NCBI GenBank assembly: GCA_918797485.1
Contig: CAKKNE010000001.1
Location: 3,596,001 to 3,660,000 of the forward strand
Source of the DNA: Pelagomonas calceolata
Taxonomy: Eukaryota
Length of the DNA: 64,000 nt
Direction: 5' to 3'
Part shown: piece after piece, positions 18,615-29,700 of the stretch
How positions within the stretch are numbered: position 1 is the first letter of the stretch
How the letters are laid out: each line of letters begins with the position of its first letter
Notes under the pieces: generated by a model
Told to the model about the DNA's origin: nothing
What the model saw: only the letters and a program-made list of their open reading frames with translations
The model's database searches: none
Made by a program: the position numbers and the translations under genes

Positions 18615-21164
18615 ATGGCCACCACAACAACAGCGGCGGTAGCCAACGAATCGACGGAGCGAGAAACGGACACGCAGGTCGAGGAGCGCTTCTGCCGCTT
18701 CCTGCTCGACTACTCCGCGGCAAGCGTGGGAGACGAAACAGCCAGGGAGCCCGACGCGCGGCCCTACGTGCAACAATTAGAAAGGATGGTCACCGACGAA
18801 GAAAGCTCAACGGTGAGAGTCGACTTTTTCGAGCTAGATGCGTTCGACGGCGAGCTAGCTTTGGCAGTAGAAAGTGAATACTACCGTTTTGAACCTTGTG
18901 TAAGGGCGGGAGCGAAACGAGCCTACCGAGAAGTGAGGGCACGAGTCACGACGGGCGAAGACCGGCGGCCGGGCCAGGCGGATCCGGTCGACGCGAAGAC
19001 GTTCTTCGTCGCGTTTCGTAATTTGAAATCAGCGCCGGAGAAGCTCCGGGATCTGCGATGTGATAAAATTGGTACGTTGGTCCAATGTCGAGCTGTAGTT
19101 ACGAGAACCTCAGATGTGAGACCGGAACTACTCGCTGGTAGCTTCCTATGCCTGAAATGTGGATTGGAAGCCCCGGAAGTGCCCCAACAGATGAGGTACA
19201 CGACCCCGACCATCTGTCGGAACCCCCAGTGCAACAACGCCTCGAAAAATAAATGGCAATTACAAATGGACCGGAGCAAGTTCGCCGACTGGCAGCGAAT
19301 TCGGGTCCAGGAGGCCACCGATGAAATACCGGCCGGTTCCTTGCCTCGCTCGTTGGATGTCATCGTGCGCGACGAGATGGTCGAGCAAGTGAAGGCGGGG
19401 GATAAAATTGTCGCTACTGGTTGCCCTTGTGTGGTCCCCGATGCCGGGGGTTTGGCTCGGGCCGGAGAAAATGCTGTTGCAGGAAGGTTAAACAACATGG
19501 CGCAAGGCGTTACCGGTGCGCAATCGGTAGCGGGTACGCGCGAAATGACCTATAAGATGCTGTTCTCGGCTTGTGGTGTCGAGCGAGCCGAAGAGGCAGA
19601 TGGCAGAGGTAGGGATGATGACGAGGCCGACGACGCCCTGAGGCAGTTGAAATCCGCGGGAGGCGCATTGGATGGTGTGGAAGACATCGTGACGCCTCGC
19701 GACGCGAAGGACGCGCTCACCGCGAAGAAGATGCGCCAACGACCGAGGTTGTATGACGCTCTAGCTGAAAGCATAGCGCCCGCCGTGTTCGGCCATAAGG
19801 ATATAAAACATGGCATACTCCTACAGTTGGTTGGAGGCGTGGCCAAACAGACGCACGAGGGCATCAAGCTGCGAGGTACGATCAACGTCTGTGTCGTTGG
19901 TGATCCTTCTACCGCAAAATCACAGTTTTTGAAGTACGTCCATACCTTTCTCAGTAGAAGTGTATATACGTCGGGCAAAGCCGCGTCAGCCGCAGGATTG
20001 ACCGCATGTATAGCACGAGATAGTGAAACAGGAGAATTCGGCGTCGAGGCAGGAGCTTTAATGTTGGCGGACAACGGCATTTGCTGCATCGACGAGTTCG
20101 ACAAGATGGATGCCACCGACCAGGTCGCGATCCACGAGGCCATGGAGCAGCAGACTATTTCCATCACGAAAGCGGGCATCCAAGCGAATCTCAACGCGAG
20201 GACCGCCATCCTAGCCGCGGCGAACCCGAAGCACGGCCGCTACGACCGCACGAAGACGCTCAAAGCGAACGTGGACATGACGATGCCGATCATGTCGCGG
20301 TTCGACCTGTTTTTCATCGTCATCGACGACTGCGACGAAGTTACCGATCGGAACGTGGCCAAGCACATCGTCGACGTCGCCGCCGGCGAGGCGCGGGCCC
20401 TCGATGCGCCTTTTACCATCGATGAGTTACGGTCGTATATTCGCGTGGCCAAGAAGATCCAACCTGTGATCACGGATGCTGCCGCTAAGACCTTGGTGGC
20501 TTGTTATAGGCAGTTGCGGCAGAATGATGTTGTTGGTAGATCTAAAACCGCTTATAGAGTCACGGTAAGACAGCTCGAATCTTTAGTACGACTCTCAGAA
20601 GCGCATGCCAGGATACATCTCAGTCAGACCGTGGAGCCGGACAACGTCAAAGAAGCTTTTAGGTTGTTGAAAAGATCTATCATTTCCGTCGAGAGCGAAT
20701 CAGTGCTATTGGAAGAAATCGACGAGGATGATCTAGAAGCTGCTGCTGCCGTAGAGATACCAAATGTAGGAGAGAAGCGTCCCGCCGAAGATGAGCCGGA
20801 GTCGCCCGCGAAGCCCGCTCCTACCGAAGACTCGCCAGCGAAGCCGCCTCCGAAGAAGAAGGCCAAGGTCCAGCTGTCCTACGAGGACTATACGCGCTAC
20901 CGGGCACTGATTACTACTCATTTGCGATCTAGAGCGACGTTGGACGGTGTCCCAGGCTTGAAGAGGAGTGCGGTGGTCGACTGGTACCTCAAAACCCATG
21001 CCGACGAGGTGGGCGAGGAGACGGCAGCACATGCGAAATTACTCAAGCAGATCCTGAAGCGCCTGCAGAAGGACGATTTAGTTATAGTGGTGGCGCACGA
21101 AGACAATGAGCCGGTATTAGCGGTGCACCCGAACGTGGACGTGGCGGACGCGTCGGCGGCGTAG
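18615..21164 (+). CDS. MCM6: DNA replication licensing factor MCM6
   Basis: VTRTSDVRPEL, zinc finger, EIPAGSLPRSLDVI, GDPSTAKSQFLKYV, IDEFDKM, MSRFDL, TVRQLES, C-terminal VHPN. Confidence 0.95.
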   Translation: MATTTTAAVANESTERETDTQVEERFCRFLLDYSAASVGDETAREPDARPYVQQLERMVTDEESSTVRVDFFELDAFDGELALAVESEYYRFEPCVRAGAKRAYREVRARVTTGEDRRPGQADPVDAKTFFVAFRNLKSAPEKLRDLRCDKIGTLVQCRAVVTRTSDVRPELLAGSFLCLKCGLEAPEVPQQMRYTTPTICRNPQCNNASKNKWQLQMDRSKFADWQRIRVQEATDEIPAGSLPRSLDVIVRDEMVEQVKAGDKIVATGCPCVVPDAGGLARAGENAVAGRLNNMAQGVTGAQSVAGTREMTYKMLFSACGVERAEEADGRGRDDDEADDALRQLKSAGGALDGVEDIVTPRDAKDALTAKKMRQRPRLYDALAESIAPAVFGHKDIKHGILLQLVGGVAKQTHEGIKLRGTINVCVVGDPSTAKSQFLKYVHTFLSRSVYTSGKAASAAGLTACIARDSETGEFGVEAGALMLADNGICCIDEFDKMDATDQVAIHEAMEQQTISITKAGIQANLNARTAILAAANPKHGRYDRTKTLKANVDMTMPIMSRFDLFFIVIDDCDEVTDRNVAKHIVDVAAGEARALDAPFTIDELRSYIRVAKKIQPVITDAAAKTLVACYRQLRQNDVVGRSKTAYRVTVRQLESLVRLSEAHARIHLSQTVEPDNVKEAFRLLKRSIISVESESVLLEEIDEDDLEAAAAVEIPNVGEKRPAEDEPESPAKPAPTEDSPAKPPPKKKAKVQLSYEDYTRYRALITTHLRSRATLDGVPGLKRSAVVDWYLKTHADEVGEETAAHAKLLKQILKRLQKDDLVIVVAHEDNEPVLAVHPNVDVADASAA

Positions 21165-21275
21165 TCGGGTAAGCTATTCTTAACACAGATGTTCTTAGGT
21201 TCGACCGTTCCCGGCCGATCGATGCCGCCGTCTGACGCCGTCGCCGCAGAGAATGCGCCGCGGCGATGGCATGCA

Positions 21276-22652
21276 CTAGAAGCCACATCCCTTCACGTCC
21301 TCGTGACTCACCTCCGAGTGGCCGCTCCGCGCGTTGCACTGGAAGTTCGTGCCCAAACTAACAATGTAGTGGAGCCAGAACGACGGGATGTAGAGCGCGT
21401 CGCCCGGTTCGAGGATCACCTCGAAGCCCCTCATCTGTGACCAGCGAGGGAACTTGGTCAAATCTACCGGCCTTGACCAGTCGATGGCCGAGTGTCGCCC
21501 AGAAGGGTGGCCCTTCGGCAACAAGTATGTATTGGCGCATTCCGAGGGCTTCGCCATGACATACCGACGTCGTCCACTATTAGCGTGACCTGTGGACGAT
21601 GGAGGCCCACCCAGCTCGACCACAATATTACGACTCCCATCGAAGTGCGCCTCGGCGATGATGCCCGCGTAGCCAAATCTACAGTGGACGCCCTTGGATA
21701 ATCTAGGATAAGGCATAAACACCGGGTCCTCCTTCGCAAATACCGGTATATCTCTTACCGTAGTGTCGGGCGGAGACACGCGGAAGTAGTAGTGCTCCTC
21801 GAGTATCGAGGTATTTCTCGCTATCAGGGCACGACTTAACCACTCGTTGTACGTCATCCGCACGTCGTTCGTCGGCGGCCGCCAGCCCCGCAAATGACCT
21901 CGTGAGCCACCATAGTACATGAAGTGGTTATCATCGGACTTTTCGGCCTTGTACTTCTTCGTACCTAGCCTTCTTTCGAGGAAGCCGGGCGTCGACCAAT
22001 CTTTTGCGACCTTGTCTAGAATTGCATTATTTTCAACAATAAACGGGACCTCGGCCTTTCTAAAAGCTTGAGCTTGCTTTATCTGGACGGGGTCGCGATA
22101 GTCGAAGCGACACAAGCTCATAAAGTGTCTAGGAGGAACTAGAATAGAGTCGGGCGGCCAGTTCTGTACAATGTCTGTCAGTAAGTAGTCTCTAGGGTAG
22201 TTCTTTGGTGGTTCGAGGCCAAACGACGAGCAGTTCCCGCGGATGGGATCTACAGAAATCGAATCGGTCGTGACGTGATAACCTAACCGTCTCGCATGTG
22301 CCTCACCTGCAAGGTAGGCGGGCCGCCGCCGCGCGACTAGCGGCTTCCCTTCCATATAAATGCCGCCGGGCTCCGAGGACGCGCGCCATTGGCCTCCCCA
22401 CGACGCGCCTTCCCGGAACGGTCTCACACCGTCAGCCTGGCGCTTCTCGCGCGTGTCCGCCTTCGGGGCGTAGGGCTTCGAGGGAGCCGCGTAGACCTCC
22501 TCTTGATTTACCAGAGACGCCGCGCAGCAATAGACGACGAAGGCTAGGCCGGCAATGATGCCGAGAGCCCGTAACCTTCGTTGTGGAGACTTTTTGCGGC
22601 CTTTGCCGTTCCGGTAGTCCTCGAGCCGCTGCTCGAAACGTTTTTTAGGCAT
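21276..22652 (-). CDS. JmjC/cupin-8 2-oxoglutarate oxygenase with N-terminal membrane anchor
   Basis: HxD (AHFDGSRN) and LEPGDALYIPSFWLHYI; TM segment at about aa 28-48. Confidence 0.82.
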   Translation of the reverse strand: MPKKRFEQRLEDYRNGKGRKKSPQRRLRALGIIAGLAFVVYCCAASLVNQEEVYAAPSKPYAPKADTREKRQADGVRPFREGASWGGQWRASSEPGGIYMEGKPLVARRRPAYLAGEAHARRLGYHVTTDSISVDPIRGNCSSFGLEPPKNYPRDYLLTDIVQNWPPDSILVPPRHFMSLCRFDYRDPVQIKQAQAFRKAEVPFIVENNAILDKVAKDWSTPGFLERRLGTKKYKAEKSDDNHFMYYGGSRGHLRGWRPPTNDVRMTYNEWLSRALIARNTSILEEHYYFRVSPPDTTVRDIPVFAKEDPVFMPYPRLSKGVHCRFGYAGIIAEAHFDGSRNIVVELGGPPSSTGHANSGRRRYVMAKPSECANTYLLPKGHPSGRHSAIDWSRPVDLTKFPRWSQMRGFEVILEPGDALYIPSFWLHYIVSLGTNFQCNARSGHSEVSHEDVKGCGF

Positions 22653-22656
22653 CCTC

Positions 22657-22881
22657 TCAGAGTCCTACCGAGGCCTCAACCGACAAAGGGTCCGCGGGCC
22701 GCTCCTCGAAGAGCCAGCGCGTCTCCTCGAGCTTCTTCGCGTCCTCGCGCACCTTTTCCAGATTCGTCTCGAGGAGCTGCGCCTCCGTCTTTTTTGCGTC
22801 ACAACCGGGCACGGCCTTGTTCGCCTGCGCGAGCCAGTAGTCGGCGCTGTCCTCCTTGGCGTCCCTGGCCGGCTGCGGCAT
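22657..22881 (-). CDS. Small 74-aa helical protein, weakly APC16-like
   Basis: ATG ORF downstream of the CTAG motif; LEKVREDAKKLEETRWLF recalls the APC16 C-terminal helix. Confidence 0.45.
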   Translation of the reverse strand: MPQPARDAKEDSADYWLAQANKAVPGCDAKKTEAQLLETNLEKVREDAKKLEETRWLFEERPADPLSVEASVGL

Positions 22882-23042
22882 GCCCGCGTGCGGCCGGGCT
22901 GTCTTGTGGTCGAGCGCTGTGTACGCGCTGATGAGCTCCTAGCGTGCGCAGTGCTCAGGGTACTATGCGCAAACGATCAATGCGTACTGCGTATTGCCGT
23001 TACGTCGCGTGCGCCCAGCTAGAGCAAAACCGCGGCCTGCAG

Positions 23043-23064
23043 CTAGCGGCATGTAAGACACTAG
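23043..23064 (+). promoter_or_regulatory. CTAG-bracketed intergenic motif
   Basis: CTAGCGGCATGTAAGACACTAG upstream of the 74-aa/JmjC pair. Confidence 0.6.
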
Positions 23065-23312
23065 GATTATCCGCGCGCACAGCTCCGGCACACAGCGTTT
23101 TGGCAAAGTGGCTAGCGGTTGGAGCGGGTTTGTGCTTCTCGGGTCCGGACTAGCTAGATTCGTCCTCTAGACGCTCGCGCGAGTCGCGGGTTTCGAGCTC
23201 GACAGCGTTTGGACTCGTGGTCCGCCTAGGAGGGTACCCACCGCCAAGGGCAACGCGCGCGGCGACCCATGGACAGCGACTTAGTATCCGTTCGTTTAAG
23301 CAGGGGGAGGCC

Positions 23313-23843
23313 CTAGATGATCGAGAGCCGGTTCGACTGGATGTTCTCGATGTAGGCCGGCGCGCGCGCGCGCCCCTTGCGGTCCCGGTTCCGCAGCTTC
23401 AGCGAGTCCACCTTCTCGTGGCAGGTGCCGACGCGCGACTCGCCGCCGTCCGGCCAGTGCGCGCCCCAGTAGTTCCCGGGGACGACGCCGAGGTGCTTCG
23501 GCGTGTGCGACCGCCGGGCCGTGGGAATGGCGAAGCCGCCGTAGGTCACGCCGTTGAACGGCTTCGCGAAGCGCACGGTCTGGCCCGTGCCCGGGCGGCT
23601 GCCGATCGACGACGAGCGCCCGGTGCCGGGCCGCGACCCCCGGCTCGACACGCGCGATCTAGGTGTGCGCGACTTCTGGGACATTTGCGACGGCGGCCGG
23701 CTCCTTCCGACAAGTTTGGCCTCGGTCACGGCGGCCATATGATCAAAAAGGGCCTCGCCCTCGAGGCCGCGGGCTTGCGCGAGGATGAACTCGAGCTTGA
23801 GGTTCCGCCGGATCTCGTCGCGGGACGACTGGGCGGCGCCCAT
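23313..23843 (-). CDS. Hypothetical basic protein with SRPGTG repeats
   Basis: Open frame 23313-24140, first ATG 23843; SRPGTG occurs twice; true start uncertain. Confidence 0.4.
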   Translation of the reverse strand: MGAAQSSRDEIRRNLKLEFILAQARGLEGEALFDHMAAVTEAKLVGRSRPPSQMSQKSRTPRSRVSSRGSRPGTGRSSSIGSRPGTGQTVRFAKPFNGVTYGGFAIPTARRSHTPKHLGVVPGNYWGAHWPDGGESRVGTCHEKVDSLKLRNRDRKGRARAPAYIENIQSNRLSII

Positions 23844-24446
23844 TCTCTCCAACGGATCTCTGGGAGCGCCCTCGCCTCGCGGCTCGAGTGGATCTCTGTG
23901 GGAGAGAGCCTCTGCTGGTTTGGGGCTGGGCTGCCCCGTCCCGGCCTGACGTTTTCGCTGTGTCTGGCTGCGTCCGGGTCGTCTCCCTCGATGCGCCGGG
24001 CGGTGCGTCTGGCCTCCCGTGGCCTCGTATTTGGCTCCCCGCTGCCCCGCGCTGCCCCTCCTTAAAATCCCCCTGCTGAGAGCGTTTCGTGCCGCGGCGT
24101 TTGCGGAGCTGTAGAAGTAGTAGAGGAAGGCTGGAGACACGTCGAGAATGCTAGGAAGGCGGTTTTGGGAGGCCCGTTTTCATCGACTCAGTGTATGGTG
24201 GGTACCTCAGACGCGATGCGCTGGACTCGATTGCTCTCACTGCCAGCACAGCCAATTTGCATCGTACAGCAGCAGCACAGCCGCATTCGTCTCACGCGAT
24301 CCCTATGCTGCAAGAAAACACGCTCCAGCAAGCCCTCGCGTCGCTGCTGAGCTCCCAGAAAGAGCACATCGTTGCATTGCAACACGCCATCGCGCAAAAC
24401 CACGTCGCCAACAACGTTCCGCTGCCGCCTGATCTGCACGCTTGCA

Positions 24447-25424
24447 ATGGCCAAGCGCACAGCGACCCTCACGCCGAAGCCAAGTAAGGGTGCGAAGCGC
24501 GCCAAGTCCGTGCTGCGCACCGAGCCGCTCTCCAGCGAGGCGCTCTTCACGCTCGGCGGCGACGACGCGACGCACGCGCTCGTCGAGGCGGAGGTCGTGC
24601 GTCGGCCCTCGCAGCGGAACCGCAGTCCTTACGTCGCGGACATAAGAGTCGCTGGCCGCGAGGCGATCTGCCACGTACCTTCATTAGATCTGGGCGGGAA
24701 ATGCGTCGCGGGCTCGACGATCCTCGTCAAACCGGCGCTCGACACGAAGGGCAACCTCGTCGGCCCCGACGCCGTCAACCCCAAGTACGGGACGCCGAAG
24801 TGCGAGTTCCACTGCCAGCTCGCCAAGCTCCCGGGAGGCGGTTGGGTGGGGGCGCATCCGTCTCTCGGGGAAAAGGCGGCGGTGGCTTTGCTGCAGCGGT
24901 CGCCGGTGCTGGGAGATGTTTGGACCGGAGACCGAGCTAAAGCGGAGATCCGCCGCGAGGTCACGGGCCCGCGCGGCCAGGACATGCGGGCGGATTTTGT
25001 CGTGTCCGGTTCTGGCAAGGACTGCGTCCTCGAGGTGAAGACGGTCGTTGATGCCTCGGTCGATAGCGGTGTCGCCGCCGAGGAGGAGGAGAACGGACCG
25101 ACCGCTGCTCTGTTCCCCTGGGGCTCGAAGAATCAAAAAGGCCCGGAGGGTGAAAAGGTCGTCTCCGCCCGCGCCATCAAGCACGTCGACGCGCTCGCGG
25201 CGATCGCGGAGGAGGGCGTCGCGTCCGCCGCAGTGCTCTTCATCGTGGCGCGCGGCGACTGCAGCTCTTTCCGGCCCCACGCGGCGCGCTGCCCGTCCTT
25301 CGCCGCGCACCTGAAGGCTGCCAAGAAAGCCGGCGTGACCCTCGTCGCGCGGAGGATCCGCTGGGACGTGCGAGACGGCGTCGCCCACGCCTTCGACGAC
25401 GGCGCAATCCCCGTCGATGTCTAA
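24447..25424 (+). CDS. sfsA: SfsA-family OB-fold + PD-(D/E)XK nuclease-like protein
   Basis: RADFVV, VLEVKTV, ALFP, SARAIKHVDAL, AAVLFIVARGD, F..HLKAAKKAGV; basic N-terminus. Confidence 0.85.
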   Translation: MAKRTATLTPKPSKGAKRAKSVLRTEPLSSEALFTLGGDDATHALVEAEVVRRPSQRNRSPYVADIRVAGREAICHVPSLDLGGKCVAGSTILVKPALDTKGNLVGPDAVNPKYGTPKCEFHCQLAKLPGGGWVGAHPSLGEKAAVALLQRSPVLGDVWTGDRAKAEIRREVTGPRGQDMRADFVVSGSGKDCVLEVKTVVDASVDSGVAAEEEENGPTAALFPWGSKNQKGPEGEKVVSARAIKHVDALAAIAEEGVASAAVLFIVARGDCSSFRPHAARCPSFAAHLKAAKKAGVTLVARRIRWDVRDGVAHAFDDGAIPVDV

Positions 25425-25449
25425 ATTCATGATTGCTTTGCTTAGATGA

Positions 25450-26191
25450 TTACCCATACGCGTTCGACGGCGCGGAGCGGTGGAAGTGCACGAGGCGCCA
25501 GCGGCCGAGCGCCGCGTCCGAGGCGGCATCGCACCTTCTCCAGACGCGGGTCTCCTCGGTCCGCGTCGTCGCCTGTGTGGAAATCAACCAGTTGTGTCGG
25601 GTGCACGCGATGACGCGGCCTTGCTGGCTCCGTCGAGCGTGAGAGACCCACCCCGCCACGCCATCGAGCAGGCGTCGCGTCGATGGCGTGGAGGTCGACG
25701 CGACGATTCAGCAGAACGCGCCGTAAAAATTTGATTTCCACACAGGTCGTCGCGCGGCCCCGCTGCTGCAACCTTACATAGGTCACCACCGCGGCGTCGC
25801 CGAAGACGCGGTAGCGCGGCTCGACGATCGTCGAGGCACTCGCGGGTTCGCCGCCCGCCTCGAGCTCGAAGTAGTACTTGTGGAAGGCCTTGCCCGTCAC
25901 GAGGTGGCCGCAGGCCTCGGGCTCGAAGGCCGTGACGCCGTCGTCGACGAGGACCGAGTACGTCAACTTGTCTCCACTTTGTATCGCGTCGAGGAGGCGT
26001 TGATTCACAATCTCCAGGTCGCGCACGTCCTGCTGGTCGCGTAGCTGATCCGCGGCGCCGATGGGCGACGGGACCGCCGGCACCGTGGCCTCGGGCGCGC
26101 GCGGCACCGGCCGCGGCGGCGTGTCGACGAGGCGCGGCGCCTGCGCCGTGCCCGGCGGCGGGAACGACGAGAAGCTGTTCGCGAAGGACAT
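25450..26191 (-). CDS. CaMKII association-domain (NTF2/SnoaL-like) protein; one GC-AG introner intron 25573-25753
   Basis: LLDAIQSGD..Y..TAFEPEACGHLVTG..FHKYYF; splicing restores YVRLQQ..ATTRTEETRVW..VHFHRS. Confidence 0.85.
25573..25745. mobile_element. Introner element (MITE-like), 173 bp
   Basis: Perfect 15-bp TIR CTGTGTGGAAATCAA / TTGATTTCCACACAG; perfect 8-bp TSD GTCGTCGC (25565-25572, 25746-25753). Confidence 0.92.
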
Positions 26192-26478
26192 CGGTGTGCT
26201 GCTGCGAGCTGGGTCCGCGGCCCTGTGCTGCTGAGGCTTGTTGCTGATACTATAAATGCAATCGGAAGCCTGGCACACGAAAGCTCGTCGAAAGCGTGAA
26301 CAACAGCTCGTCGTCGCCTCGAAAATGTGATCAATGCGAGCGCCACCTAGCCTTTTTTGCAAGCCTCTCCAAGGCCAAGCTCTCAAGGCCAGCAGAAGGC
26401 CAGCGGACGGCGTTTTGTGTCGCCCGATGGCTCCCAGAGAGGGCATACGGCTCTGGAACGCAGTGAAAAACCGTCACC

Positions 26479-26499
26479 CTAGTGTCTTTGCGACGCTAG
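26479..26499 (-). promoter_or_regulatory. CTAG-bracketed motif variant
   Basis: Reverse complement CTAGCGTCGCAAAGACACTAG upstream of eIF3c. Confidence 0.5.
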
Positions 26500-26791
26500 C
26501 CTCGTCGGCGACCGAGTCCAAAAAGGCCATATTACGCGGTCAGCTACCGCGTGCTGAGGCCATCGAGCAGCGCCAGACCTCTTGAGACAAAGCGCTTGCA
26601 GCGCCTGTCTCGAAAGAGCCGCTCGCACCACAGCAAGCGCGATCGCCGGACCTCCTCTCATTTGAGAGCAGCGCCAGCGACCGCAGAGCACACCCTCGAG
26701 CACTCGTCGAGCGCTCGGGCCCGCGTCAGCGCCCGTCCGGCGGCCCGCAGTAGCGGCAATCCGGGCGAAGCGCGGGACGCGGTAGAGCACA

Positions 26792-29700
26792 ATGTCTCGT
26801 TTTTGGGCCGGGGACGACTCCGGCAGCTCCTCGGCCGAATCCGATTCGGGTTCCGAGAGCGAACAAGAAAAGAAGGTCCAAACCAATCGCTGGGCGGCTG
26901 TGAGCGACTCCGATTCATCCGATGAGGGCGAGCGCGTCGTCCGAAGCGCCAAGGACAAGGCCTGGGACGGCATGAAGGCCGTGGTCAGCAAGATCTCGAA
27001 CGCGCGGAAGATTAATGATTGGCACGAGATGCAGACGCAATTCGACCTCTTGAACAAGCAGGTGGACAAAGCTAAGACCCATATCCAAAAGGAAGGGTTA
27101 CCTCGCTTCTACATCCGCACCCTAGCTGAATTGGAGGATTCTCTGGATGTCGCCCTCAAGGACAAGGAGGCCCAGAAGAAGATGAGCAAGGCGAACGGGC
27201 GCGCTCTCAATAGGATGAAGCTGCAGCTCAGACGCCACAACAAGGAGTTCGAGGCCAAGATTACGGAGTACCGGGCGAACCCCGACGCCGAGGAGGAGTC
27301 CGCATCTTCCTCCAGCAGTGAAGAGTCCTCCTCGTCGGAAGACGAATCGTCGTCTGACGAAAGTTCTGATGAAGAGTCCGTAGAAGAAAAGCCGAAGAAA
27401 GTGCAGAAGAACCTCGAAGACATGGACTCCGACGACTGGGCCTCGTCCTCGGACGAATCGGAATCATCGTCGTCGGAAGACGAGGACACCGGCGAGCTCA
27501 AAGGTAGAGCTAGATGGCTCAAGCGCACCGTCACGACGACGAAGCGAGTCAAGAAGGAACGCGTGATCGAGAAGAAGAAGGAGAAGAAAGTTATCGAAGA
27601 GGTGAAGAAGGACAAGAAGGGCCTCGTGTCGTCGTTGCGATTGGACGCCATCCAGACGGGCGCCGACTTCGACAAAAAATTGACGGAAGTGATGGCCGCT
27701 AGAGGCAGGAAGGGCACGGACCCGCGCGACCTGAAACAGGCCCTCGAGGTGCTCGCGAAGGCCGCCCAGGAGAAGTTCGGGTTTCATCGGGAACTGCAGT
27801 GCTGCATGCACCTCATCGCGAGTCATTTCGACAGCAACCGCACGATCGACGACTACATGGACGTGCCGACGTGGCGGGCCTGTCATGGGCAACTCACGAA
27901 GGCCTGTTCGATCCTCGAAGCGCATCCCCAGGCTACGCTGGGCACCGTGGACGACGATGAGCTTGCAGATTTGGCATTGGCGGCGATGCTGGTGCTGACT
28001 CAGAGCAAAAAATGAGCTTCAACGTGACGTGGTCGCGGCGATGGCGTCTTCATGAGACCGCACCGCCTCGACGCCGTCGATGCGCCTCGTGAGAGTAGTT
28101 TCGTGACGGTGTCGTTCCCACACAGGCCAAGAAGAAGAAAGGGGCTGTTGAAGAGGAGCCCGAGGAGGAGGAGGAGCCGAAGGAGGTCATTGATACGGAG
28201 GCGCCTCCTGATGAGGCTGGTTGTGTCAAGGTCGTGGGTAACTTATTGACGTATGTGACTCGCCTCGAGGACGAGTATGTCAAGTCGTTACAACACATCA
28301 ACCCGCACACGCAGGAGTATGTAGCTAGGTTGAGGGATGAGAGACCGCTGGAGGAACTCGCTGGTTCCATCCAGGCTTACTACGATAGAAGTGGTAGTAC
28401 GGAGACGGCCGCGACGGTGGCACTGTTGCGCATAGAACACATGTACTACAAGCACGATAGTATCGCGGAAGCTGTCCGAGATGCGCAGGCGTTCCGGGCG
28501 GCCTGGGGCTCTAGGGACGACGTGCACGCGGCGTCGCGCAAGGCGACCGCCGGCGTGTCAACTGTGGAGAAGTCACACCCGGGTTCTTGGCTCGGCGCGC
28601 CGACGACGCCTTCCACCGATAGTTGTGATACGGCCAAGTCCCTGAAGGAGCTGTGTGGTTATGTGTATGATCATGGCGACGACCGCTGCCGCACGCGAGC
28701 GTTACTTTGTCATGTGGCCCACCACGCGCTGCACGGCCGCTTCCACGCCGCGCGCGACTTGCTATTGATGTCTCACCTCCAAGAAGTAGCGCATGATGCT
28801 GATATAGAAACTCAAATCCTCTACAACCGGGCCATGGTCCTCCTCGGGCTGTGCGCGTTCCGGTCGGGCTTGGTCCACGACGCCCACTCGTGCCTGGCCG
28901 AGATCTGCTCGTCGCGGGTGAAGGAACTGCTGGCCCAGGGCGTCCAGAGCGCGCGCTGGTCCGACAAGAGCGACGAACAGGAGAAGGCCGAGCGCCGAAG
29001 GCAGACGCCCTACCACATGCACGTCAACCTGGATTTACTTGAATGTTGCCATTTAACTTCAGCAATGTTGTTAGAAGTGCCGGCGATGGTCGTCGAGGAG
29101 GCTAGGAACAAGCAGTTGCGCGGCGCGCCGCCGCGCACGCGCGTGACCTCGCGCCACTTCCGGAAACACATGGACATCTTCTCGCGACAAGTCTTCACGG
29201 GGCCGCCCGAGAATACCAGAGATCACATCCTCTGTGCTGCCAAGGCTCTTGCGTTAGGCGACTGGCGCGAGTGCGCGCGACTCGTCGTGGAACTGGACGT
29301 CTGGGACCTCATCCCGGGCACGGGCGAAGCGGAGAAGGTCAAGGCCATGGTGCGCGAGAAGATCAAGGCCGAAGCTTTACGCACTTATTTGTTCGCGCGC
29401 GCGGACGCGTACGACGCGTTGTCCCTAGAACGCCTGTGTGCCACGTTCGAGATGCCCGAGAGAACGGCCCACGGTCTGGTCTCCAAGATGATGATCACGA
29501 AGGAGCTGCGGGGCGCCTGGGACCAGCCGACGAAGACGATCGTGCTCCGAAGACTCGAGCCGTCGCCGGTGCAAGCGTTGGCGCTGGCCTACGCCGACCG
29601 ATGTGCTGCCTTAGTGGATGCGAACGAACGCCTCCTCGACGCGCGCGCGGGCGGCAAGGGCTACAAGGACGACCGGAGGGACTGGGACCACGAAAACGGG

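Noticed and set aside
24191..24487. 98-aa ORF overlapping the sfsA start
   Set aside because: No recognisable family and it overlaps the promoter and start of sfsA; possibly a uORF but unsupported.
25442..26446. 334-aa ORF as the true CaMKII-association protein
   Set aside because: Reads through the introner into the wrong frame and loses the conserved EETRVW..HFHRS end.
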